Assembly (NCBI RefSeq): GCF_004010195.1 | Contig: NC_057749.1 | Span: 22,602,976 to 22,666,975, forward strand | Direction: 5' to 3' | Length of the DNA stretch: 64,000 nt | From: Chiloscyllium plagiosum | Lineage: Eukaryota | In this document: positions 1 to 11,534 of the stretch, in pieces | How the letters are laid out: every line of letters starts with the position of its first letter | Numbering within the stretch: position 1 is the stretch's first letter | Notes under the pieces: model-generated | What the model was told of the DNA's origin: nothing | Seen by the model: the letters and a program-made list of their open reading frames with translations, nothing else | Databases searched by the model: none | Made by a program: the position numbers and the translations under genes

Positions 1-1018
1 ACAGCTTTTATTACCCATGCTATTGGGGTGTGTCTATGGGATAAAGGTCATCTGCTTGTTTGACGGGGCATTGAAAATTTGATGCCCTATTTGCTGATAA
101 CTGTTTATAGAAATAATCCAAAAGGTGTAACCGTCACACAATATAGTCGGCAGCTCTCCACCTCCCCCAGTCCAGATCTCTCACCTCCAAGACAACGCAC
201 ACACCATTACAGCATCTGAAACTAGAAGGGATGTTTTTATGAAGCTGCTGTCTCAGTTCATCATTTCTTCTGACAGGCACTCAGATCAGGGAACAGGCGA
301 CAGAGGTCGCCATGTGCTGGGGTCTGTGATGCTCCCGACAAAGCCATGACTCTCTGAGGTATTATTCCAGTTGAGTGTGACTCTGCGCTGACAAAATGCA
401 ATCTGTAATGTCATCCCCGGCTTCCTCGCCTTTACAAAATATCCAGGCCGTCCGAGATTCTGAAGTTCAGAGTTCAAAGGACAATGACCATTTACATCAA
501 ACAGAACTGACTGTGCCTTCTGTCCACAACTGGGGTCGACACACTTGTTTCTCCCTCTGTCTTCATTATATCAACCTCAAATACTTTAAACTACATTCTG
601 CCATAGCTTAAGACTGATGTATCTGCAGCACATTACCCCAAACCTTGTATTTTACTGCTCAAACCCAAAATCTCTTTATCCTGCTTCTTGAAGCACAAGC
701 TGACAACAAATAGTTTCAGGGTTAACCGCCCAGTCTAATACAGTTTCAGATCTCCTTGGTTTGGTTGCTTCATGTCACTGCACTGACAGCATGCCAGTGT
801 CCCCCAGCAGACAGATGAAGTCATAAAGCAAGTTCACACACTGTTCCCCACACACAGGAGCTGACCCAGCCTCCCCACCTCCCTCACGAAAAAAAAAGCT
901 GACAGCTCGTTCAAGCATCCTCCTCCCTGGAACCACTCACTCAGTGGCTTTGTGCAAGGAAGCTGGGGGCACCTCGAAAGCTCAGAAATTGCTGTCGATC
1001 CTGAGCTGCCGGCACCCC

Positions 1019-1041
1019 CTCTCCTCTCTCTCTCTCTCTCT
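1019..1041. repeat. (CT)n microsatellite
   Basis: ctctcctctctctctctctctct. Confidence 0.9.
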
Positions 1042-1236
1042 GGGTGTTCTGTATGAAATGAAGCCTGGATTCCTCTTCCACCCCTGCGCTGCGGCTCAAC
1101 AGGAACTGAGCACAGCAGGACCCAAACGGGAGCAAGTCGTCAATCTGAGGATGAACCATCTTTAATCAGGCTGCCTGAAGCCCACACTCTCTAGGAGCTG
1201 CCACCGAACAGCAGCGTTGACAAAATTGCTACCTAC

Positions 1237-1267
1237 CTTTCATGGCTGAGCACAGAATATACATCAT
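1237..1267 (-). CDS. RORA: Alternative first coding exon of ROR, alpha4 type (MMYILCSAMK + 1 nt)
   Basis: Minus strand reads ATG ATG TAT ATT CTG TGC TCA GCC ATG AAA G|GTAGGT (donor 1231-1236, phase 1). Resembles the recalled human RORalpha4 start MMYFVIAAMKA-QIEIIPCKIC. Confidence 0.8.
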
Positions 1268-1685
1268 TTGATGACTGCGCGGCCAAGGGTTTAGATCATG
1301 CCCGAGTCTCTCTCTTTGCCTTTTCAGCAGCTATGCTCTGCTACAGCATTGCCCGACAACACAACCATCTGAAAATCCACGTGATCCAGTCATCTGGTCG
1401 CTCTCCACCCACTGTCAGTGATTGGCAGCTTCGACAGAAAAGTCTCATTCAGCCCAGGAACCTGCCTCCCAGGCACTACGCTGCAGTCAGCAGGAGGTAA
1501 TGCAGCTAACTCCACCGTGCTCCAGCACCACTCCAAAGCTGCCTTCCCACTTCGATTTCCCTCGCGTCCTTCTGGACATTTGTTTTCCTCTTGGCAACAA
1601 CATGGCCATTATATATTAGTGCAATCTGGGCACAGGGTTCCAGAGAAAATCACACCAAGGCAGTGAGGGGGAATTTGCTTTCAAT
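1268..1685 (-). promoter_or_regulatory. Putative 5' UTR/internal promoter of the alpha4-type ROR isoform
   Basis: Unique, TE-free DNA directly upstream of the ATG. CACGTG at 1378-1383, CCAAT (minus) at 1421-1425, TATATAAT (minus) near 1608-1617. TSS not determined. Confidence 0.45.
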
Positions 1686-1686
1686 T

Positions 1687-1772
1687 AGGTAAATAGAAAT
1701 TCTGGATTAGTGGTGCTGGAAGAGCACAGCAGTCCAAAGAGCAGCGAAATCGACGTTTCGGGCAAAAGCCCT
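1687..1772 (-). mobile_element. Penelope-like pLTR fragment with a partial hammerhead (stem II and GAAACGTC)
   Basis: Minus strand GGGCTTTTGCCC-GAAACGTCGATTTCGCTGCTC; same family as 29411-29668; CTGATGA part absent. Confidence 0.65.
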
Positions 1773-1944
1773 GGAAAGACCATCCAACTACTGTAAAACC
1801 CACCCTCCCCGACTCGCTGGAAACCCACCAGCCTGAGGTCGACTCAGGTGCTGATCTTGCTAATGTTGATCTTGCTTTGTGCACCTCCTGTGCAGTTGTA
1901 ACCCTGTATGCCTCACTCTGTCATAAGGAACCTTATGCTCTTAG

Positions 1945-2229
1945 GGGTGGCACGGTGGCTCAGTGGTTAGCACTGCTACTTCACAGCACCAGGGACGTGG
2001 GTTCGATTCCCACCTCAGGCGATTGTTCTGTGTGGAATTTGCACATTTTCCCCATGTCTGTGTGGGTTTCCTCCTGCAATCCAAATGAATGGCCATGCTA
2101 AGTTGCACCATAGTGATAGGTGCATTAGTCAGGGGTAAATGTAGGGGAGTGGGTCTGGGTGGTTTACTCTTTGGAGGGTCAGTGCGGACTTGTTGGGGCC
2201 TGTTCCTACACTGTAGGGTATCTAATCTG
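1945..2229 (+). mobile_element. HE1-type tRNA-derived V-SINE inserted in a LINE 3' UTR remnant
   Basis: A box TGGCTCAGTGG, B box GGTTCGATTCC, core GTGTGGAATTTGCACATT, TCTAA tail. Confidence 0.85.
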
Positions 2230-2314
2230 GATGTCCCTGTTGCTATGATCTGCCTGTACTGCTGGCAAAACAAAGCTTTTTGCTGTACTTAGGTACATGT
2301 GACCACACTAAGAT

Positions 2315-3163
2315 TCATTCACAGGACGTGGGCATTGCTGGCTAGGCTATCCATCATTGTCCAGCCAGCACTTTGGAGTCAGCCACAATCCTGTGGGTCT
2401 GGAGTCACATGTAAGCCAGACCAGGTAAGGATGGCAGTTTCCTTCCCTAAAGGGAACTAGATGGATTTTTCCAACAATCAACAATGGCCATCATTAGACT
2501 CTTAAGTCCAGATTTTTGAAAATTGCCTTCAGTTTCCATCATCTGCCACAGCAGGACTTGAACTCAAGTCCCTAGGATTAATAGATCATAGAACGTACAG
2601 CATGGAAACAGATCCTTTGGTCCAACCCATCCATGCCGACCAAATATCCAAACCTAATCTAGTCCCAATTGCTAGCACTTGGCCCATATCCCTCTAAACC
2701 CTTCGTATTCATATAACCATCCAGACGCCTTTTAAATAATGTAATTGTGCCAGCCTCCACTTCCTCGGCAGCTCATTCCATACACGCACCACCCTCTGCG
2801 TGGAAAAAGTTGCCCCTTAAGTTTCTTATATCTTCCCCCTCTCACCCTAAACCTATGCCCTCTAGTTCTGGACTCCCCCACCCCAGAGAAAAGACTTTGT
2901 CTATTTATCCTATCCATTCCCCTCATGATTTTATAAGTCTCTATAAAGTCATCCCTCAGCTTTTGAGGCTCCAGGGAAAACAGCCCCAGCCTGTTCAACC
3001 TCTCCCTATAGCTCAAATCCTCCAACCCTGGCAACATCCTTGTAAATCTTTTCTGAACCCTGTCAAGTTTGACAACATCCTTCCAATTGGAAGGAGACCA
3101 GAATTGCACGCAATCGGATTAATAGATTAATAGTCTTGTGATAATAACACTGACCCACCACTT
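2315..3163 (-). mobile_element. tRNA-derived SINE (second family), split by a CR1 insertion
   Basis: Same family at 23240-23470 and 63875-64000. GGATTAATAGAT is duplicated at 2575-2586 and 3116-3127 around the CR1. Confidence 0.6.
2587..3110 (-). mobile_element. CR1 LINE 3' fragment
   Basis: ORF2 C-terminus QFWSP..KDVVKLDRVQKRFTRMLPGL..LGLFSLE..TRGHRF plus 3' UTR. Confidence 0.9.
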
Positions 3164-3614
3164 CCACAGCGTATTTAAATGTACGGACTGCCAAATTATT
3201 TTTACTGCCTGGCCCACACATAATGGAGCCTGCATACTTACTTTTGAGCTGTTGCATGGGATCAAGGAATAAACAGCTTCTTTTCTGGTCTGACTCCAGG
3301 CTCCACAACAACACAGTGAACTCTTAATTCCATAACAACCTTGTCAGTTTTCGAGAAAGCAGCTAATCTCTTTGCTTTGAGACAATTTTGGATGGACAAT
3401 AATTTCTGGCCCTGCCAATGATGGCTGTATCTCGCAAACCAATTTTAAGAAAAAGCAAGAAATGTAAAATTGCAGACTCTTTGTAAGAGATTTAGAAGCC
3501 TGATGTATTTTCTGTTGGCAGGAACAAAGATTCTGTTTCCTGATTAGGGCAAGGCAATGTTTATTATTAATTTTGCAATTGTACTCTTTGAATTCACTGC
3601 ATTGACAGAATAAT

Positions 3615-4392
3615 AGGATCCCTACAGCACAGAAAGAGGCCATTTGATCACTGAGTCTGCACTGACCCTCCTGTTATTAGAATACTGAATGGACTCAGAA
3701 ACTCTTAACATTCGCCTATACCTGTATTTTTGTTTTTGCTGCTGTTTACCCATTATTTACTAATCTATGTTACTTAACTCTATGATCTGCCTGTTTTGCT
3801 CGCAAGACAGAGCTTTTCACTGTGCCTCAGTACACGTGACAATAAATTCAATTAAATTAAATTCAAGATCATCCCAACCAGACCACCACTCTCTCCCCAA
3901 CACGACAGGGCAATTTTAAGCATGGCCAATCCACTTACCTGCACATTTTTGGACTGTGCGGGGAAATCCACACAGAAATGGGGAGCATGTTCAAACTCCA
4001 TACAGTCACTAGAAGTGGGGCAGCACTGTAGCTCAGTGGTTAGCACTGCAGCCTCACAGCGCCCGGGACCCGGGTTTGATTCCAGCCTCGGGCGACTGTC
4101 TGTGTGGAATTTGCGCATTATCCCTGTGTCTGTGTGGGTTTCTTCTGGGTGCTCTGGTTTCCTCCCATGATCCAAAGATGTGCAGGTCAGATGAATTGGC
4201 CATTGTAAATTGTCCACAGTGTTAGGTGCATTAATCAGAGGGAAATGGGTCTGGGTGGGTTACTCTTTGGAGGGTCAGTGTGGACTGGTTGGGCCAAATG
4301 GCCTGTTTCCACACTGTAGGGATTCTAATCTAAAAGTTGGAGTCAAACTCAGGTGCCTGGCGCTGAGAGGCATCAGTGCTCACCACTGAGCC
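3615..4392. mobile_element. Nested SINEs: minus-strand HE1 broken by a LINE 3' UTR piece (~3672-3860) and a plus-strand HE1 (~4017-4332)
   Basis: HE1 segments at ~3615-3670, 3870-4013 and 4335-4392 on minus; full plus-strand copy with A/B boxes in between. Confidence 0.75.
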
Positions 4393-5637
4393 AGGCCTGT
4401 ACAGAAAGATTGAATTATTACAGTGTAGAAGGGAGCTATTCTACCCATTATCTCCTCTGGTTCTCTGAATGAGCAGTTCACTTTGTGCCATTCTCCCCCT
4501 CTTTCCCATGTAATCCGACACATTCCTCCTTTTCAGGTAACGGTCTCGATGTCTTTTGCATGTTGCAAATGAACTGTCACTAACCCGCTCTCAGGCTGGT
4601 CATTTCAAACCTTGTACATTCTCTCTCTGGAAGTTTTCCTTTGATCCATCATTCCCCGAGAAGCTCCAGCTTCTCAAATCTGTCTTCACAACTGAACTTC
4701 CTGAAACATTTTGGCAAATCTTTTTGTGCACTTTCTCCAATGCCTTCACATCAATGATTTATCATGCAGATGCGTGTATGTTCTTCATGAATGCCTTCAA
4801 TATGGATCAATGGAACAAGTTGTAATCATTGAGTAATATGGTGTATGCCCGGACTTGAATTCAGACTGAGAACATTAGGGGTCCTCACTAAGCCCGGAAG
4901 TGTGGGTTCCAGGTCCACCTGCTCCACAGAAATGTAATTACATCGCTGAAAAGACCGATTAGAAAATATCTAAACACAAAGACAACAATCTGCAGTCCAG
5001 GGACGTTAACATGAAGCCTCATACATACTGGCCATGCTACTAGTCACTTTGCTAAATGTTGCCAACACACAATGTGCACCTGCTAATGCACACTGAACAC
5101 CATTAACACTTATTGTGTACCGGCCTCATTCAGACTCAGCACCAATAACCCTCACTGTGTTCCTCCTTCATTCACACTGAACACCATTAACACTCACTGT
5201 GTTCCTGCCTCATTCACACAGAACACGATATACTCTCACTGTGTTTCAGCATCATTCACACTGAACACCATTAACACTCACTGTGTTCCGACTACATTCA
5301 CACTGAACACCATTAACACTCACTGTGTTCCTGCTACATTCACACTGAACACCATTAACACTCACTGTGTTCCGACTACATTTACACTGAACACCATTAA
5401 CACTCACTGTGTTCCAGCTTCATTCATATTCAGCACCATAAAAAACTACTGTGTACCAGTTTCATTCACACTTAATGCCATTAACACTCACTGTGTTCCT
5501 GCTCCTTTCAAACACAATACCATTAACACTCACTGTGTTCCTGCTTCATTCACACACGGCACCATTAATACTCTGTTCCTGTGTCATTCACACTGAACAC
5601 CATTAACACTCACTGTGTTCCTGCTCATTCACACTGA

Positions 5638-7473
5638 TTTTAAGTGCGAGCAGCAGCGGAGATAAGACAAACTCGGAAGGCTGCAGATAAGGCCACTTCA
5701 AACTAATGCTGGAAGGCTAGTGATGGGAGATAAGGAAATAGCTGGAGAACTTAATAAGTACTTTGCGTCAGTCTTCACAGTGGAAGACATGAGTAATATC
5801 CCAACAATTAAAGGGAGTCAGGGGGCTGAGTTGAGTATGGTTGTCATTACAAAAGAGATAGTGCTAGAAAAGCTAAAAGGTCTTAAAATTGACAAATCTC
5901 CTGGCCCCGATGGGCAACATCCTAGAGTTCTGAGGGAGGTGGCTGAGGAAATAGCGGAGGCATTGGTTGAGATCTTTCAAAAGTCACTGGAGTCAGGGAA
6001 AGTCCCGGGTGATTGGAAGACCGCTGTTGTAACCCCATTGTTCAAGAAAGGAGCAAGACAAAAGATTGAAAATTATAGGCCAATTAGTCTAACCTCGGTT
6101 GTTGGTAAAATTCTAGAATCCATCATTAAGGATGAGATTTCTAAATTCTTGGAAGAACAGGGTCGGATTAGAACAAGTCAACATGGATTTAGTAAGGGGA
6201 GGTCATGCCTGACAAACCTGTTAGAATTCTTTGAAGAGGTGACAAGTAGGTTAGACCACGGAAACCCAGTGGATGTGGTCTATCTAGACTTCCAAAAGGC
6301 CTTTGATAAGGTGCCACATGGGAGGCTGCTGAGTAAGGGCCCATGGTGTTCGAGGTGAGCTACTGGTATGGATTGAGGATTGGCTGTCTGACAGAAGGCA
6401 GAGTGTTGGGATAAGAGGTTCTTTTTTGGAATGGCAGTCAGTGACAAGCGGTGCCCCACAGGGTTCAGTGTTGGGGCCGCAACTGTTCACGTTATATATT
6501 AATGATCTGGATGAAGGGACTGGGGGGACTTTCTAGCGAAGTTTGCCGATTATACGAAGTTAGGTGGACAGGCAAGTAGTACTGAGGAAGTGGGGAGGCT
6601 GCAGAAGGATCTAGACAGTTTGGGAGAGTGGTCCAGGAAATGGCTGATGAAGTTCAATGTGAGCAAATGCGAGGTCTTGCACTTTGGAAAAAAGAATACA
6701 AGCATGGACTACTTTCTAAATGGTGAGAAAATTCATAAAGCCAAAGTACAGAGGGATCTGGGAGTGCTAATTGAGGATTCCCGAAAGGTAAACGTGCAGG
6801 TTGAATCCGTGATTAAGAAAGCGAATGTAATGTTGTCATTTATCTCAAGAGGGTTGGAATATAAAAGCAGCGATGTGCTACTGAGTACTCTAAATGGGGC
6901 TTGGTTAGGCCCCATTTGGAGTACTGTGTCCAGTTTTGGGCCCCACACCTCAGGAGGGACATACTGGCACTGGAGCGTGTCCAGCGGAGATTCACACAGA
7001 TGATCCCTGGAATGGTAGGTCTAACATACGAGGAACAGCTGAGGATCCTGGGATTGTACTAATTGGAGTTTAGAAGGTTAAGGGGAGATCTAATAGAAAC
7101 GTACAAGATAATACATGGCTTGGAAAGGGTGGACATGAAGAAATTGTTTCCGTTAGGCGGGGAGACTAGGACCCATGGGCACAGCCTTAAAATTAGAGGG
7201 GGTCAATTCAGAACAGAAATGCGGAGAAATTTATTCAGCCAGAGAGTGGTGGACCTGTGGAATTCATTGCCGCAGAGTGCATTGGAGGCTGGGATGCTAA
7301 ATGTCTTCAAGGCAGAGATTGATAAATTTTTAATGTCACAAGGAATTAAGGGCTACGGGGAGAATGCGGGTAAGTGGAATTTAAATGCCCATCAGCCATG
7401 ATTAAATGGTGGAGTAGACTCGATGGGCCAAATGGCCTTACTTCCACTCCTATGTCTTATGGTCTTATGGTCT
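5638..7473 (+). mobile_element. CR1 LINE (RT domain to 3' tail, frameshifted) inserted inside a satellite unit
   Basis: KSPGPDG, YRPISLTS, QHGF, YLDFQKAFDKV, PQGSVLGP and KFAD motifs; (TCTTATGG)n tail; flanks CACACTGA|...|AACACCATT rebuild one satellite unit. Confidence 0.95.
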
Positions 7474-9573
7474 TAACACCATTAAAACTCACTGTGTTCC
7501 TGCTTCATTCACACTGAACGCCATTAACACTCACTGTGTTCCTGTTTCATTTGCACTGAACACCATTAACACTAACTGTGTTCCTGCTACATTCACACTG
7601 AACGCCATTAACACTCACTGTTTTACTGACTCTTTCAGACTGAACACCAGAAACACTCACTGTGTTCCTTCTTCTTTCTATACCCAGCACCATTAAAACT
7701 CAATGTGTTCCTGCTTCAAACACACAGATCTCTATTTACTCTCACTGCGTTTCAGTATCAATCACACTGAACACCATTAACATTCACTACGTCCCAGCTA
7801 CATTCATATCGAATACCATGAACACTCACTGTGTACCTCCTTCATTTACACTGAACACCATAAACACTCAATGTGTTCCTGTTACATTCATACAGAAAAC
7901 CATTAATACTCTCTTGTGTTCCTTCATTATTAACACTCAGCACCATTATCGCTCACTGTGTTCCTACCTCATTCACACTGCACACCATTAACACTCACTG
8001 TGATCCTGTCTCATTCAGACTGAACACCATTCAATGTCACTGTTCCTGCTTCATTCACACACATAACACTATTTAAACTCACTGTGTTCCTGCTACATTC
8101 ACACTGAGCATGATTAACACTCAATGTGTTCCTGCCTCATTCACACAGAACACCATTAACACTCACTGTGTTCCTGCTGCATTCACACTGAGCACCAAGT
8201 TTCACTGTGTACCTGCTTCATTTACACTGAACACCATAAACACTTACTGTGTTCTTGCTACATTCACACTGAACACCATTAACACTCACTGTGTACCTGC
8301 TTCATTCAACACAGAACACTATTTACACTCACTGTGTTGCATCGTTATTCACACTGAACAGCATTAACACTCACTGTGTTCCTGCTTCATTCGCACTGAA
8401 CACCATTCACACTCACTGAGTTCCTACTTCATTTGCACAGAAGACCATTAAATCTCACTGTGTTCCTGCTTCATTCACACACTGAACACTATTAACTCTC
8501 ACTGTGTTCCATCGTTATTCACACTGAGCACCATTCACACTGACTGCATTCCTGCTTATTTCACACTGACACTATTAACCCTCACTGTGTTCCTGCTTCA
8601 TTTACACTGATCACCATTAACACCCACTGTATTCCTGCTTCATTCACACTGAACACCATTAAACCTCACTGTGTTCCTGCATCATTTACACTGAACACCA
8701 TTAACACCCACTGTATTCCTGCTTCATTCACACTGAACACCATTAACACTCACTGTGTTCCTGCTACATTCACACTTTACTCCATTATCACTCACTATGT
8801 TCCTGCTACATTCACACTGAGCACCATCAACTCTCACAGTTACCTGCTTCATTCACACTGAACACTATTAACACTCACTGTGTTCCTGCTGCAATCACAT
8901 TGATCAATATTAGCACTCATTGTGTTCCTGCTACATTCACACTGAACACCATTAAAACTCACTGTGTTCCTGTCTCATTCACATTGAACACCATTAACAC
9001 TCACTGTTTTCCTGCTTCATTAACATTCAGCACCATTATCGCTCACTGTGTTCCTGCCTCTTTCACACTTTACACCACTAACACTCACTCTGTTCCTGCT
9101 TCATTCACACTGTACACCATTAACACTCACTGTGCACCTGCTTAATTCACAGTGAACACGATTAACATTCACTGTGTTCCTGCTTCATTCACACTGAACA
9201 CCATCAATACTCGCTGTGTTCCTGCTACATTCACACTTAACGGCATTAACATTCACTCTTTTACTGACTCTTTCAGACTGAACACCAGAAACACTCACTG
9301 TGTTCCTTCTTCTTTCATACCCAGCACCATTAAAACTCAATGTGATCCTGTCTCATTCACACTGAATACGATTAATACTCATTGTGTTCCTGCTACATTC
9401 ACACTGAATGCCATTAACACTCACTGTGTTCTAGCTACATTCACACTGAACGGCATTAACACTCACTGTGTTCTAGCTACATTCACACTGAACACCATTA
9501 ACACTCACTGTGTTCCTGCTTCATTCACACTGAACACCATTAACACTCACTGTGTTCCTGCTTCACTTACAAT

Positions 9574-9810
9574 TAAGGGGAAAGTGACAACTGCAGATGC
9601 TGCAGATCGGAGCTGAAAATGTTTTGCTGGAAAAGTGCAGCAGGTCAGGCAGCATCCAAGGAGCAGGAGAATCGACGTTTCGGGCATGAGCGTTTCTTCT
9701 CCAACATCTGCAGACCTCACTTTCTCCTAGTTGATTTTAACCTCCTGCGAATCCTCTTACAAGGATGCCTTCCTTGAAGAAGCTCTCTTCCTCCCTCTAC
9801 AAGGACTAAT
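9574..9810. mobile_element. Penelope-like inverted pLTR plus ORF start (MPSLKKLSSSLYKD), copy 1 inside the satellite
   Basis: Same pLTR family as other fold-back elements; TTACAAT duplicated at 9567-9573 and 9811-9817. Confidence 0.7.
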
Positions 9811-10014
9811 TTACAATGAACACCATTAACAGTCACTTTGTTCCTGCGACACTCACAAGGAACACCATTAACCTGCTTCGTTCACACTGAACACCATTAA
9901 CACTCACTGTGTTCTAGCTTCATTCACACTGAACACCATTAACACTCACTGTGTATCTGTTTCATTCACACTGAACACCATTAATACTCACTGTGTTCCT
10001 GCTTCACTTACAGT

Positions 10015-10250
10015 TAAGGGGAAAGTGACGACTGCAGATGCTGGAGATCGGAGCTGAAAATGTTTTGCTGGAAAAGTGCAGCAGGTCAGGCAACATCCAA
10101 GGAGCAGGAGAATCGACGTTTCGGGCATGAGCCCTACTTCTCCAGCATCTGCAGACCTCACTTTCTCCTAGTTGATTTTAACCTCCTGCGAATCCTCTTA
10201 CAAGGATGCCTTCCTTGAAGGAGGTCTCTCCTCCCTCTACAAGGACTAAT
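10015..10250. mobile_element. Penelope-like fragment, copy 2 (duplicated with the surrounding satellite, period ~441 bp)
   Basis: Near-identical to 9574-9810 with the same junctions and the same variant satellite units downstream. Confidence 0.75.
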
Positions 10251-11034
10251 TTACAGTGAACACCATTAACAGTCACTTTGTTCCTGCGACACTCACACGG
10301 AACACCATTAACCTGCTTCGTTCACACTGAACACCATTAACACTCACTGTGCTCCAGCTACGTTCACACTGAACACCATTAACACTCACTGTGTTCCTGC
10401 TTCATTAGCACTGAACACCATTAACACTCACTAAGTTCCTTCTTTATTTACAGTGAACACCATTAACACTCAATGTGTTCCTGCATCATTCACACTGAAC
10501 ACCGTTAACACTCACTGTGTTCCTGCTTCATTTACACTGAACACCATTAACACTTGCTGTATTCCTGCTACATTCACACTGAATACCATTAACATTCACT
10601 GAGTTCCAGATTCATTTGCATTGAATACTATCAACACTCACTGTGTTCCGGCTTCATTATCACTGAACATCATTAACATTCACTGTGTCCGTGCCTCATT
10701 CACACTGAACACTATTCACACTCACTGTGTTCCTGCTACATTTACACTGAACACCATTATCACTCACTGTGATCCTGGTACATTCACACTGAGCACCAAG
10801 TTTCACTGTGTACCTGCTTCATTTACACTGAACACCATAAACACTTATTGTGTTCCTGCTACATTCACACTGAACACCATTAACACTCACTGTCTTCCAG
10901 CTTCACTTGCACTGAACACCATTAAATCTCACCGTATTCCTGCTTCATTCACACACAGAAAACTATTTATACTCACTGTGTTCCATCGTTATTCACACTG
11001 AACACCATGAACACTCACTGTATTCCTGCTTCAT

Positions 11035-11534
11035 NNNNNNNNNNNNNNNNNNNNNNNNNNNNNNNNNNNNNNNNNNNNNNNNNNNNNNNNNNNNNNNNNN
11101 NNNNNNNNNNNNNNNNNNNNNNNNNNNNNNNNNNNNNNNNNNNNNNNNNNNNNNNNNNNNNNNNNNNNNNNNNNNNNNNNNNNNNNNNNNNNNNNNNNNN
11201 NNNNNNNNNNNNNNNNNNNNNNNNNNNNNNNNNNNNNNNNNNNNNNNNNNNNNNNNNNNNNNNNNNNNNNNNNNNNNNNNNNNNNNNNNNNNNNNNNNNN
11301 NNNNNNNNNNNNNNNNNNNNNNNNNNNNNNNNNNNNNNNNNNNNNNNNNNNNNNNNNNNNNNNNNNNNNNNNNNNNNNNNNNNNNNNNNNNNNNNNNNNN
11401 NNNNNNNNNNNNNNNNNNNNNNNNNNNNNNNNNNNNNNNNNNNNNNNNNNNNNNNNNNNNNNNNNNNNNNNNNNNNNNNNNNNNNNNNNNNNNNNNNNNN
11501 NNNNNNNNNNNNNNNNNNNNNNNNNNNNNNNNNN
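11035..11534. other. Assembly gap, 500 N (arbitrary-size scaffolding gap)
   Basis: Exactly 500 n with satellite on both sides. Confidence 0.99.
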
